Source: an uncultured delta proteobacterium
GTDB lineage: Bacteria; Myxococcota_A; Polyangia; Polyangiales; JAFGIB01
Assembly: GCA_963778655.1 (NCBI GenBank)
Contig: CAVZVA010000009.1
Location: forward strand, 576,001-640,000
Reading direction: 5' to 3'
Length of the DNA stretch: 64,000 nt
Shown here: positions 19,785 to 29,857 of the stretch, piece after piece
Layout of the letters: each line of letters opens with the position of its first letter
How positions within the stretch are numbered: position 1 is the first letter of the stretch
Position numbers and translations under genes: made by a program
Notes under the pieces: generated by a model
The model's database searches: none
Told to the model about the DNA's origin: nothing
The model's input: only the letters and a program-made list of their open reading frames with translations

Positions 19785-20429
19785 ATGAGTAAGGGATCCG
19801 AGAAGACGGAGACGGCCCGCATCGAAGCATTCAGCGACGGTGTGTTTGCGATCGCCATCACGCTTCTCGGACTCGGGCTCAGGGCGCCCGTCCAGGATGA
19901 TGCCTCGTTGGGTGCTTCGCTCCTAGCGGGCTGGCCCTCGTACGTGGCGTTCTTCACCAGCTTCATCACCATTGCGATCATCTGGATCAACCATCACCGG
20001 CTTTTCACGCACATCTACCGCGTCGACCATGCATTGCTGCTCTTGAACGGCCTCCTTCTCATGACTGTCACGGTGGTCCCATTCGGAACCACGGTCCTCG
20101 CTGAGCACCTCGGGCGCTCCGACCAGCAGACCGCGGCGATATTGTACACCGGCGTATTCATAGCGGTGACCGGCACATTCAACCTGTTGTGGCGGCACGC
20201 TGCACGGCGCCACCGGTTGATCGACCAAGTCGTGGACCAACGGATGATCCGGCGGATCAACCTCCAATATGGGTTTGGACCGGTGTTGTACACGGTGTCT
20301 TGTTGCCTCGCGCTGGCCGCGCCCTGGGCGAGTGTCGGAGCAGACCTGCTGTTGGCCGCGTTCTTCTCGCTGCCAGTGTTGAACTGGACCCGCGCGACAG
20401 GCGCTGGAATCGTGCAGGAGCCAGAATGA
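19785..20429 (+). CDS. TMEM175-family K+ channel (DUF1211)
   Basis: Signature RIEAFSDGVFAIAITLL and WINHH, with about six hydrophobic helices. Confidence 0.88.
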   Translation: MSKGSEKTETARIEAFSDGVFAIAITLLGLGLRAPVQDDASLGASLLAGWPSYVAFFTSFITIAIIWINHHRLFTHIYRVDHALLLLNGLLLMTVTVVPFGTTVLAEHLGRSDQQTAAILYTGVFIAVTGTFNLLWRHAARRHRLIDQVVDQRMIRRINLQYGFGPVLYTVSCCLALAAPWASVGADLLLAAFFSLPVLNWTRATGAGIVQEPE

Positions 20430-20497
20430 CGAACGCGGTGGGCTTCCGAGTTGCACATGCGCGCACCGCGCGTAGGTGCAAGGCAAGCTCCGGAGGC

Positions 20498-21100
20498 ATG
20501 CCGATGAACGCTACGAACACAGCAAACCGCATCATGGTCTGCGTCGACCTGTCCGAAACGGGGGACGATGCGCTGCGTGAGTCCATGCGCCTGGCGCGCG
20601 AGCGGCCCGGCAGCGAGCTACACGTCGTCCACGTGATACGCACGGACAAGAGTCTGCACAGCGCCAAGAAGCTGGATGCGCTTTCAGAGCAGTTCCGCGG
20701 GAAGCTGGACGAGCTTCGCAACCACGTGTCGAGCGTTTGCGCCCCATCGAGTGACGCGGATCCCTTTTCGCAGGAAGTCGTATTCCACCTGCGTCTGGGC
20801 GATCCGGCCGGGGCTATCCAGCAGACCGCAGTCGACGTGGATGCAGACCTGATCGTCGTCGGCACACGGGGGCGCACAGGGGTCGAGAGAATGGTCCTTG
20901 GCTCGGTCGCAGAATCGGTGATACGCACCGCGCACGCGCCGGTCGTGGTCGCACATCCCAAGGACTATTCGGGTCTAACGAAGACAGACCAGCTCGATCC
21001 GGCGCGGCCAGGCGAGCAGCTGCACGCGGCCGGCCTGGCATACCGCTCGAACGTCACCTTCACGCCGCGGGCCTTCACACATCAGAGCGGCCTGTACTGA
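20498..21100 (+). CDS. Universal stress protein (UspA domain)
   Basis: Motifs RIMVCVDLS, LHVVHV and DLIVVGTRGRTGVERMVLGSVAESVIRTAHAPV. GGAGG precedes the ATG at 20498. Confidence 0.9.
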   Translation: MPMNATNTANRIMVCVDLSETGDDALRESMRLARERPGSELHVVHVIRTDKSLHSAKKLDALSEQFRGKLDELRNHVSSVCAPSSDADPFSQEVVFHLRLGDPAGAIQQTAVDVDADLIVVGTRGRTGVERMVLGSVAESVIRTAHAPVVVAHPKDYSGLTKTDQLDPARPGEQLHAAGLAYRSNVTFTPRAFTHQSGLY

Positions 21101-21153
21101 ATCAGAGCTCGCGATTCGGGATCCTCCGCACCGCTAAATGACCGAGGGCCGGC

Positions 21154-22494
21154 TCAGCGTGGTGATCGAAGGCCGCCTTCGCCTTCCCAAGCAGCCAGAG
21201 CGTTTTCGTCCTGGGGTTGTTGCTCACGAGTCGGTTTGACCTCGCGGGAAATCATTCCGGGCTCCGCATGCATATCGCTGCGCGGCGTACCTCGCGGTGT
21301 GGTGCCGCGATTCGTTCTCGTGGCGCCCGGCTTCCAGGCGAGCTCCAGCCACCGTGTTATGTCGCGGCGGCGCAACATCCCGATCAGCCGACCGTCCACG
21401 ACCACCGGGAGCTGCCCCACGTCTTGCTGCGCGAGTCGCTCGAACGCGTTGACCAGCGGCTCTTCGGGCGCTGCCACAGAGAGTGTATCGCGTCCCCGCA
21501 TGATCGACCGGACCGGAATGCTCGCCCATTGTTCGGGAGGCACGCTTCGGACATCCGACATGGACACGAGACCGACGAACGCTGCGTCCTGCACGACCGG
21601 CAAGGCGCGGTCATCTCCAGGAATGAGGTGGTCGTGCACCAGGTCGGCCACCGAGAGCTCCGGGCTCACGATGGGACCATCGCGGTGCATGAGCTGCTCC
21701 ACGGTCATTCCCGCGAGCGCCTCGTCCAAGGCGAGCCGCGACGACGCCTGCGCCGCGGCACTGTGCAAGAACCAACCGATGAAGGCGAGCCAAATCCCGC
21801 TCCCGAGTCCCGTGCCGAAGAAGGGCAGGTGGACCCCAAAGGTCATAGCGATACCGCCGCCGATGAACAGCCAGCCGATCATCTGTCCCGTGGCTGATGC
21901 CCAGCGTGTCGCCGTGGAGAGCTCGCCGGTTATGCTCCAGAGGATCGATCTCAGGATGCGGCCGCCATCGAGCGGAAATCCTGGGACCAGATTGAAGATG
22001 CCGATCACGATGTTGATCGGGCCGAGCCAGACCAGCAACGTAGTCATGGGACCGAGCCGGGCGACCGCTGTCCAAGCGCCGCCCGCGTCCGTCATCGAGA
22101 TGGTCGTCACCGCGGATGCCAAAACGAGAAAGACAACGCCGAGCGCAATGCTCGTGATCGGTCCCACGATGGCGATGAAGAACTCGGATTTTGCCGAAGG
22201 CGGCTCGTGCTCGATGTTCGAGACGCCGCCGAATAGGAACAGCGTGATGCTTCGAACCTGCAGCCCATAGGTCTTCGCAACGACCGAGTGGGCCAGCTCA
22301 TGCAGAAGGATGCAGCCAAAGAATACCAGGGATGCGCTTGCCGCTATCGCAAACGTCTCCATCGAGGACCAGGCGGGATGCCAGTGCGAAAAGACGGCAA
22401 ACAGGTTCCACGTGAGAAGCACGAAAATGAGCACCCAGCTCCAGTCGACCCGGAGCTCGATCCCCAAGATTCGCCCGATTCGGAAGCCGTGCAT
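21154..22494 (-). CDS. Site-2 protease (M50) with tandem CBS domains
   Basis: Motifs LLHELAHS and FNLVPGFPLDGGR. The C-terminal CBS pair reads LPVVQD...GLVSMSDV and LPVVVDGRLIGML. Confidence 0.92.
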   Translation of the reverse strand: MHGFRIGRILGIELRVDWSWVLIFVLLTWNLFAVFSHWHPAWSSMETFAIAASASLVFFGCILLHELAHSVVAKTYGLQVRSITLFLFGGVSNIEHEPPSAKSEFFIAIVGPITSIALGVVFLVLASAVTTISMTDAGGAWTAVARLGPMTTLLVWLGPINIVIGIFNLVPGFPLDGGRILRSILWSITGELSTATRWASATGQMIGWLFIGGGIAMTFGVHLPFFGTGLGSGIWLAFIGWFLHSAAAQASSRLALDEALAGMTVEQLMHRDGPIVSPELSVADLVHDHLIPGDDRALPVVQDAAFVGLVSMSDVRSVPPEQWASIPVRSIMRGRDTLSVAAPEEPLVNAFERLAQQDVGQLPVVVDGRLIGMLRRRDITRWLELAWKPGATRTNRGTTPRGTPRSDMHAEPGMISREVKPTREQQPQDENALAAWEGEGGLRSPR

Positions 22495-23315
22495 AATTCA
22501 TTCCCTCCGTGGCGAAGGCGCCGGCGAATACGCAGCAGCGGCGATCGATCGCGCCATGTGACTCCAAGGTACATAAGCACGCTGTCCAGCTTCGCGAGTC
22601 CCACTACGGCGCCACGCCGCAGCCTGAACACTTTCGGACGCCAGCAGCGGACACGAACGCCCGCGAGACGAGGACCGGCGGCGGGAATCGAACAAGACGC
22701 CTACCGAGGGCACCCGTCCCCCGCTCGCAGTACCCTCGGCAGGCGTTTGCGCTTCAGGAACGCAGCTATTTGTGTGAAGGCCCCACTTTCCGCGGGGCGG
22801 GCGGCTTGGCCTCGGTCCCGATCGGCAGGTTCTTTGCAGAAGTTGGTGGCTGAACGATCGCCTTCAGTGAGCGATCCTTTTGGCTGTCGGTCTTCGGTTT
22901 GTCCGTGCGTTGCATGGCGCTCCAGTCGGCGGCCCCGAGAGGCACGCAGGACGCGTGCGTCATCCGGGCCTACGGGGGTCGATGCAAGACACGGTCCAAG
23001 TGGATCGAGCGCGATGAGCGGCCCCATGCAGTTCGAGTCCGAGAGGACGATGCCCTAAATGCCCCACACGACTCGCGCGCTCACAATTTCGACACACTAT
23101 GCGAGCCCCGACCGAAGATCCGCGCAGCGATGCGCTCTGCCTCCAGGTGGCCGTCTGGCGCGTCCGCTGGCCATGCGACCCTCAGCGTGGTAGGTGTCAG
23201 AGTCTGACGACCCCCGCCTTCGCTTCAGGACGCCCAACCGGTGAGCTACACCATGGCGCGAGCCTCATGAGGCGAGAGTGCTTCTCGACCGCGGCGAGCC
23301 GATGGGGACGGAACG

Positions 23316-23801
23316 GTGACCAGCGTGGCTGACGAATCCGATCCGCATCGCGCGCGCGTGACTGTCTGGATCGGAGGCGCGGCGAGAGACGCGACGCCGA
23401 CCCAGCTTCTTGCGCTGTTCGAACGCGCGATCGGCGCGATCTGGGGGCGTGCGCGGGTCACGCTCGGCGATGTCACGCTCACCGCCATTGTCGATCGCGT
23501 GCTCTACACCACGGCTGCGCGCTTCCCAGTGCTCGGAGTGCTGGCGGTGGAGGGGACGGGCGTACGCTTTGACGAGCTGAGGGCGCGGATCGACGACCTG
23601 GACACAGGCGAGCTCGTGCAGGGCATTCAGTTTGCGATGGTCGAGCTGCTGACCGTGCTCGGCCACCTCACGGCAGACATTCTGACCCCGGCGTTGCACT
23701 CGGAGCTCTCACGCGTGACGCTCGACGGCGCCGTCAATGGTGAGCTGCAGCAGCCAGTCCAGCTCGACGCTACGCACAAGAAGCTCGTGAGGAGAGCGTG
23801 A
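23316..23801 (+). CDS. Hypothetical 161-aa protein, first gene of the KaiC-like operon
   Basis: Amphipathic helical ORF whose TGA overlaps the kaiC-like GTG (GTGA at 23798-23801). Confidence 0.7.
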   Translation: MTSVADESDPHRARVTVWIGGAARDATPTQLLALFERAIGAIWGRARVTLGDVTLTAIVDRVLYTTAARFPVLGVLAVEGTGVRFDELRARIDDLDTGELVQGIQFAMVELLTVLGHLTADILTPALHSELSRVTLDGAVNGELQQPVQLDATHKKLVRRA

Positions 23802-26001
23802 AGAGAACGGCCAAGATTGCCCGCTTCGAGACCGGCGTGCGCAACCTCGATGCGCTCGTCCGGGGCGGTCTACCGCTCGGCTCGGTGTCCATCGTCGCGG
23901 GTCCTCCAGGCTCCGGCAAGACGATTCTCGCGCAGCAGAATCTGTTTTCACAACGCGACCTCGAAGCGCCGCGCCCTTTACTTCAGCACCCTGTCCGAAC
24001 CGACGGCCAAGACGCTTCGGTATTTGAAGCAATTCGACTTCTTCGATGCGGGCAAGCTCGAGGTTGCGGTGCAGTTCGTCGATCTCGGAGTCCTGTTGCG
24101 AACCCAGGGGCTCCAGGAGACCGGCGCGCTGATCATGGATCACATCAAGCGGCTCCAGCCGACGCTCGTCGTCGTCGACAGCTTCAAGGTCTTCGATGAC
24201 CTTGCGAGCTCCAGAGAGGAGCTGCGAAAATTCGGCTACGAGCTCGCTGTCAATCTCATGGCGTGGGAATGCACTGTGTTGTTACTGGGAGAGTACGGAC
24301 CAGGGGACATGGCTCGCAACCCGTTGTTTTCGATCGTCGACGGTCTCGTTCACGTCACGCAGCGGGAGGAGTCGGGCGAGCAGCAACGCTTTCTACAGGT
24401 GGTCAAGCTGCGTGGCACAGAGCACAGCCGTGAGCCCCACCCGTTCGTCATTGGCTCGAACGGAATCGACGTCTTCGCTCCCCGTATCACCATCCAACGC
24501 GAAGACCGGGGCTCGGAGGAGCCCCGCTGCAAGACCGGCATCGCCAAGCTCGATGATCTACTCGGCCAGGGCATTCCCCGCGGTTCGAGCCTGCTGATTG
24601 CCGGTGTGGCCGGAACCGGCAAGACCGTGCTGTTGCTGGAGTTTCTCTACCGCGGTGCGCAGCGCGGCGAAAAGGGCATCGTCTTTTCCTTCGAGGAGAC
24701 CGAGGAACGGTTGCGCGCTGCCGCGCGAGGGCTCGGTTGGGATCTGGACCGAGAAGTCGCGCGTGGGATGATCCAAATCGTATTCATCGCGCAACCCAAC
24801 ATCATGGTGGAGGGGCACCTACTGATGATGCGCGAGCGCATCGAAGCCATGGGGGCGAAGCGCGTCGCGGTCGACTCCATTTCGGTGTTTCTACACAAGG
24901 TCCACGATCCGCAGATCAGCCGCGAGAAGACCTTTCAGCTCGCCAGCATCATCCAGAATAGCCAAGCGGTGGGCCTTTTCGCCACGGACATACCGTACGG
25001 CTCAGGCAAGATCAGTCGCTTTGGCGTCGAGGAGACCGTGGTCGATGGCGTGGTGCTCCTGACCTCGAGCGAAGAGGGCTTTGAGCGCCAACGCTACATC
25101 GAGGTCTACAAGCTGCGAAATACCGCACATCTCAAGGGCAGACATCCCTTGACGATCGGTCCCGGTGGAATCGCCATCTTTCCCCGCTACGAACCCGAGA
25201 TCGAGGCCGAGGGCTTGCCGCCGACACGGGAAGCGGCGCGGAGGCTCCCCTCGGGCGTGGTCGGTCTGGACGACCTGCTCGGTGGAGGTCTGCTCGAAAG
25301 AAGCGTCACGCTTCTGTCAGGCCCATCCGGAATCGGCAAGACCACCGTGGCCACTCAAATTCATCATTGAAGGGGCCAGGCGCCGAGAGCGCGGATTGTT
25401 TGTCGCCTTCGAGGAGGGGCCCGGTCAGATCATGAAGGCGGCCGAGCAGCTCGGCATGCCGCTGAAGGCCTTCATGGACAAGGGACTGATCGAGATCGCG
25501 TATCTTTCGCGCGAGCATGTGCGAGCGAATCAGTTTGTTTCGATTCTCGCGGACAAGATCCAAGCGAGCGGGACGCGGCGGCTCTCGCTCGACAGCGTCA
25601 GCAGTGTGCTTACCGAAGGCCTCGTACCGGGAGAGGCACGGCGCCTGCTCCAGAGTCTCGTGACGCGTTTCAAGCTCCTGGGGTTGACGAGCATGCTGAC
25701 TCTCGAAGCGAGCTTGAGCTGCGAGCCCGAATTCCCGAGTCTTCGCGGCCTTTCGCCCCTTGCGGACAACGCGGTCCTGCTTCGATACGTCGAGGTCGCC
25801 GGTGGTTTGCGGCCCACGCTGACAGTACTCAAGACACGCGGTAGCGTTCATTCCTTTGACACGCACTACCTCTTGTTTGCCAAAGGCGGCGCACAAGTCG
25901 GGCCTGGGGTCGATGGTGAGGCCCCGCCGCTTCACTTCGGAAGGCCCCCCGCTCGCAAACGGCCATCCGAGAAGCGGACGAAGTCGAGGGGACGCCGGTG
26001 A
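23798..26001 (+). CDS. KaiC-like ATPase with three RecA-type domains (~733 aa after correcting two +1 frameshifts at ~23940 and ~25358)
   Basis: Three Walker A motifs (GPPGSGKT, GVAGTGKT, GPSGIGKT), three Walker B motifs (VVVDS, VAVDS, LSLDS) and three KxR fingers (KLRGT, KLRNT, KTRGS), spread over three reading frames. Confidence 0.85.
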
Positions 26002-27776
26002 GCCTGCATGCCCGCCAGCAACTGCAGCATTTGGCCGAGATCGGCACGTTGCTGGCACGGTTCGAGTCCATCGACGGATCGCTGCCTGCGATCCTCTCAC
26101 TCATGACGCGCACGCTGCGTGTTCGCGGCGCTACTCTGATCTCCAACCGCAGCGGGCGAATCCTGGCCACCGGCTGGACCACGGAGGACACGAGCCCGAC
26201 GCGCTTGCGTCTCGACGAGGCGCACGCGCGCGTCGCATACGGCTATCTCACGGACGGCACCACCTCCGGGGCAAGGCCGGCGACTGGCCAGGCTCGTGCC
26301 AACGCGTCGTCGGCGTTGTCGGCTGCCGACCTTCGCGCCGGGATGGCGGAGACCGAGACACACGACTTCGTCGTGCTTCCGCTGGTGGTGCAAGGCGGCC
26401 GCGCTTTCGGCGTGTTTCAGGTCGAAGGCGACATGCGGTTCGACGAATCCGATTTGGTGTTCGTGAACGCGGTCGCCCTGCTGTTGGCGGTCGCGATCGA
26501 CCGGCAAGCGGTGCGCGCATCCAAAGACGCGATCATCAAGGCCATTCGGGTCCATGATGCCGAGCGGATCGCAGAGCTGCAGCGAAGTGAGCGCGCGCAG
26601 CACTTCCTGGCAGACGTGAGCTCAGTGCTCGCCGATTCATTGGAAGACTTGCGCGCCCTGACAAGCGTGGTCCGAGCCTCGGTTCCGTTCCTGGCCGATG
26701 TCTGTTTCGTCGACGAGATCTCCGAAAAGGGTACCGTCGTGCGGATCGACGCAAGCGGTGTCGGCGAACCGCTGGGGCTCACCGCGCCGAAACCGCGACG
26801 GCGGCCACAGGATGAGGTCCTCGCGACTGGCCTCCCGATCATGTTGCCCGGTCCTTCCGGCGCATCGGCCGACGGCGATGAAGAGCACGTGCGGTGCATG
26901 AACGAGGCCGGCTTCGAATCGATGATCGTGGTGCCTCTGATCGCGGGAGGTGAAACGCTCGGCGCGCTGACGTTGGCCGTCCGGAAACGGATGCGCCGGT
27001 ACGGTGACCACGACCTTGCCTTGGCGCAGGAGCTTGCCCGCAGGCTTGCGATGGCGCTCCACCGCGCCCGACTTCAGCGACAGATAGAGCGAGCGATTCA
27101 GGCACGCGACGATATTCTGGACGTGGTGTCCCACGATTTGCGAAGCCCCCTCAACACGCTGCGCGTGAGCGCGTCCTTGTTGAGCGAGGAATTGCCGGAG
27201 CACGGTTCCACGGCTACTAGCGCGAAGGCACTTGAGATGATCGGACGCTCGATCAACCGCATGGAACGGATGGTCGGAGATTTGCTCGACGCCGCGAGCA
27301 TCGAATCGGGACGACTTGCGGTCACCAAAGAAGATCAGCTTCTCCAGACCCTCATCGAAGAGGCAATCGAAGACGGCAAACCCGCTGCATCGAAGCGGGC
27401 GCTACGGCTCGAGGCGCATCTGCCGGAACAGGAGATGTGCATACCGTGCGATCGAGGGCGGATCGTGCAGGTTCTTTCCAACTTGATCAGCAACGCGATC
27501 AAGTTCACACCACGAGGTGGCTCGATCGTGGTGAGCGCCGAGTTGTACCAAGAAGAGGCGCGCGTAGCGGTCAACGACACCGGCGCCGGAATCGATCGAG
27601 CCGAGCTACCTTTCGTCTTTGACCGCTATTTTCGCGCCAAGACTGTGCGAGTCACGGGAACTGGTCTCGGGCTGTGCATCAGCAAGGGCATCATTGAAGG
27701 CCACGGTGGCGTGCTTTGGGCCGAAAGCGAGCCCGACAAGGGCAGCACGTTCTTCTTCACGCTCCCGCGGGGTTGA
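25998..27776 (+). CDS. Cytoplasmic sensor histidine kinase with two GAF-like domains
   Basis: H-box VVSHDLRSPL, N-box NLISNAIKFT, G1 DTGAGI and G2 GTGLGL. GAF signatures LPLVVQGGRAFGV and VVPLIAGGETLGAL. GTGA overlap with the kaiC-like stop. Confidence 0.9.
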   Translation: MSLHARQQLQHLAEIGTLLARFESIDGSLPAILSLMTRTLRVRGATLISNRSGRILATGWTTEDTSPTRLRLDEAHARVAYGYLTDGTTSGARPATGQARANASSALSAADLRAGMAETETHDFVVLPLVVQGGRAFGVFQVEGDMRFDESDLVFVNAVALLLAVAIDRQAVRASKDAIIKAIRVHDAERIAELQRSERAQHFLADVSSVLADSLEDLRALTSVVRASVPFLADVCFVDEISEKGTVVRIDASGVGEPLGLTAPKPRRRPQDEVLATGLPIMLPGPSGASADGDEEHVRCMNEAGFESMIVVPLIAGGETLGALTLAVRKRMRRYGDHDLALAQELARRLAMALHRARLQRQIERAIQARDDILDVVSHDLRSPLNTLRVSASLLSEELPEHGSTATSAKALEMIGRSINRMERMVGDLLDAASIESGRLAVTKEDQLLQTLIEEAIEDGKPAASKRALRLEAHLPEQEMCIPCDRGRIVQVLSNLISNAIKFTPRGGSIVVSAELYQEEARVAVNDTGAGIDRAELPFVFDRYFRAKTVRVTGTGLGLCISKGIIEGHGGVLWAESEPDKGSTFFFTLPRG

Positions 27777-27869
27777 CACTACCGCCGCAGGAGTCGCGCG
27801 ATGCCGGATGTCGGTAACGCACCAGGTTGCGTTGCGCTCTGCGAAGGCGCAGGGTGAGGGTAGGTGACT

Positions 27870-28325
27870 ATGGAAACCATGAGACCGAGCGAGGTGTGCA
27901 AGCAGATTCTTCGGGAACACGGAGCAGTGCGTGAAGAGCTGGATGAGCTGTGGGCTGCGGCCGACCTGATATCGGCGGGAGGGGCGTCGGCGTCGATTCA
28001 TGCTCTGGAGTTCAGCCAGACGCTTCACGACGAGATCCTGGAGCACATCGGCGTCGAGGCTCGAATTCTCGCACCTGCGCTGCTCGACGCGGACGCCTGG
28101 GGGAACATCCATGTCGACCTGCTGCTGAGGCGACATGCGGCACGCCGTGTGGAGCTGAAGACCCTGCAGGGCTCGATGACGCGCTGGAAGGCACTGGCGT
28201 TTGCCGACGAGCTCAGACGATTCATTACCGGCCGAAGGGCTGGGATGCTCGAGCACGAGCACGAGCTCGTGAATGTCGTCCTGCTGCGTGACGACGTCGG
28301 AGGCATCGACGTCGCGGCAGGATAG
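27870..28325 (+). CDS. Hemerythrin-like (HHE) cation-binding protein
   Basis: Helical protein with EH..., HIGVE, LRRH and EHEHE His/Glu clusters spaced as in hemerythrin-like four-helix bundles. Confidence 0.65.
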   Translation: METMRPSEVCKQILREHGAVREELDELWAAADLISAGGASASIHALEFSQTLHDEILEHIGVEARILAPALLDADAWGNIHVDLLLRRHAARRVELKTLQGSMTRWKALAFADELRRFITGRRAGMLEHEHELVNVVLLRDDVGGIDVAAG

Positions 28326-28407
28326 AAGCTCCCCGGACCCGGCTCGCGAAGCGCACTTGAGGCCGCGAGCTCGCCTCCCGCGGCCAGCGTGAGAGGTCAA
28401 CGCTCGA

Positions 28408-29478
28408 TCAATCGCGTTGGGGCCGAAGCTGCTCCCGGCGGTGTCGCAGCAGCTCGCGTATTACAATCTGAATCGTGGCCGCCGCCGGGACTGCGGCAAT
28501 CGCGCCTGCGATGCCCACCAGGTCGCCCAACAAGAGCACGGACAGCAGCACGACCAGTGGATTCACGTGCACCGTTTGCTTGAACACCAGTGGCCCGATC
28601 AGATTGCCCTCGATCTGGCCGTAGACGAAGAAGTAGATCGCGCTCGCCAGTCCATGCCAGACGCCGCCGATCGAGGACAGCAACGAGATCAGGATCGCAG
28701 CGACTATCGGACCCGCATACGGCACCAGGCTCGCGATGCCGCTCACGATGCCCAGGGGCAGGAAGAACGGTACGCTGTTGATCGCCAGGAAACTCGTGGT
28801 CAGGGCGGCATTGATGCTGCAGACCACGAGCATGCCGCCCAAGTACCCGCCGAGCGACGAATAGATCTTAGCGAGCAGCGCGGCATAGGTCGCGCGTCGC
28901 TCGGGCAGGGCCTCGTCGAGCGCGGACTGAATCAAGGAAGCACCAAAGATCAGCATGAACACCGTCAGAAAGACCACCGTGATGACCCCGCCGATGAACG
29001 TCAGCATGCCGCCCACCGCCCAAAGCAGCGGCGATGCTGCCCCTCGCATAACCTCGACCAGCCGCCCTTCGGGGCTGCCAATCCATTGCGCCAAGCCGGT
29101 GCGCTCACTGAGCGAGGCGAAGACACGGGTTTGCTTGAGCGATGCGATCAACTCCGGAATCCGCTCGATGAGCTGCCGTGCCTGTGCAACCGCCGGAGGA
29201 ATGAGAAGGTAGAACAAGACCACGAGCAGGAGCATCGCAATGGAGACCACGATCGTAATCGCCAGCCAGCGCGAGGCGCGGCGCCGCCGCAGAAAGCTGA
29301 CTGGGTGATCGAGCGCCACAGCGAGCAGAACCGCGGCGAGAGTCATCACAACCACCAGCAGCGCGCGAAGCGTAGCTGCCACCAAAGCGACTACAATCAA
29401 CACGCCAAAGCAAATTGTGAATACCGTCTTCAGCGTGACCTGGGACGGTCGAATTTCCGGGTTCGGGTCTTGCCGCAT
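28408..29478 (-). CDS. AI-2E family transporter
   Basis: Multi-TM protein with LVPYAGP, QIEGNLIGPLV and GIAGAIAAVP signatures. Confidence 0.88.
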   Translation of the reverse strand: MRQDPNPEIRPSQVTLKTVFTICFGVLIVVALVAATLRALLVVVMTLAAVLLAVALDHPVSFLRRRRASRWLAITIVVSIAMLLLVVLFYLLIPPAVAQARQLIERIPELIASLKQTRVFASLSERTGLAQWIGSPEGRLVEVMRGAASPLLWAVGGMLTFIGGVITVVFLTVFMLIFGASLIQSALDEALPERRATYAALLAKIYSSLGGYLGGMLVVCSINAALTTSFLAINSVPFFLPLGIVSGIASLVPYAGPIVAAILISLLSSIGGVWHGLASAIYFFVYGQIEGNLIGPLVFKQTVHVNPLVVLLSVLLLGDLVGIAGAIAAVPAAATIQIVIRELLRHRREQLRPQRD

Positions 29479-29562
29479 GTTTTCTCCTTCGGCGCCAACG
29501 TGCCTTCAGGCCCGACAAATAGCTACCGCCGTGACACTATCGCCTCGGCCGCGCCGCTTGGC

Positions 29563-29576
29563 GCCAAGTTGTCCCA
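29563..29576 (+). promoter_or_regulatory. Candidate enhancer-binding site (GCNAARNTGYCCCA)
   Basis: GCCAAGTTGTCCCA, about 50 bp upstream of the sigma-54 motif. The same motif recurs at 37990 and 40718. Confidence 0.5.
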
Positions 29577-29624
29577 CTTTGGCGAGACACCAGACGCACC
29601 GAGCGAAACGTCGCCTGTACGCGG

Positions 29625-29640
29625 CGGCACGAACCTTGCG
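29625..29640 (+). promoter_or_regulatory. Sigma-54 -24/-12 promoter
   Basis: CGGCACGAACCTTGCG matches YGGCACG-N4-TTGC. Confidence 0.75.
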
Positions 29641-29857
29641 TATTGGTTAGTCGATGTCGACGGTAGACGAATGCGTATCGCTCGTGCACGCCAAAAACGA
29701 GCTGGCGCCGGGTGGTGATGCCGAGCCGACCGCGCGCAGTGGGTGCTTTTCTCTTGTTGCTGTTTTCGAGGGTACGCGGCGCCGCCAATTCGGCGCGAAA
29801 GCCGTCCGGCGCGCGAGACCTCTCCAAAGAGTTGCCCGGCACCGGCGCTGTCGCCAC

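Noticed and set aside
18803..19990. 395-aa minus-strand ORF
   Set aside because: Antisense to the histidine phosphatase and TMEM175 genes, with no motifs.
23156..23171. Possible sigma-54 promoter for the kaiC operon (TGGCGCGTCCGCTGGC)
   Set aside because: The -12 element reads GG rather than GC, too weak to call.
22500..23300. ORFs in the M50-kaiC intergenic region
   Set aside because: No recognisable motifs or RBS-supported starts, so treated as regulatory DNA.
23798..26001. True circadian clock
   Set aside because: No kaiA or kaiB in the window, and the CII ST phosphosite is not conserved (S-P).
29690..29830. Riboswitch (c-di-GMP-like) in the leader
   Set aside because: Only a small GAAA-containing hairpin is present, and the conserved aptamer elements were not found by eye.
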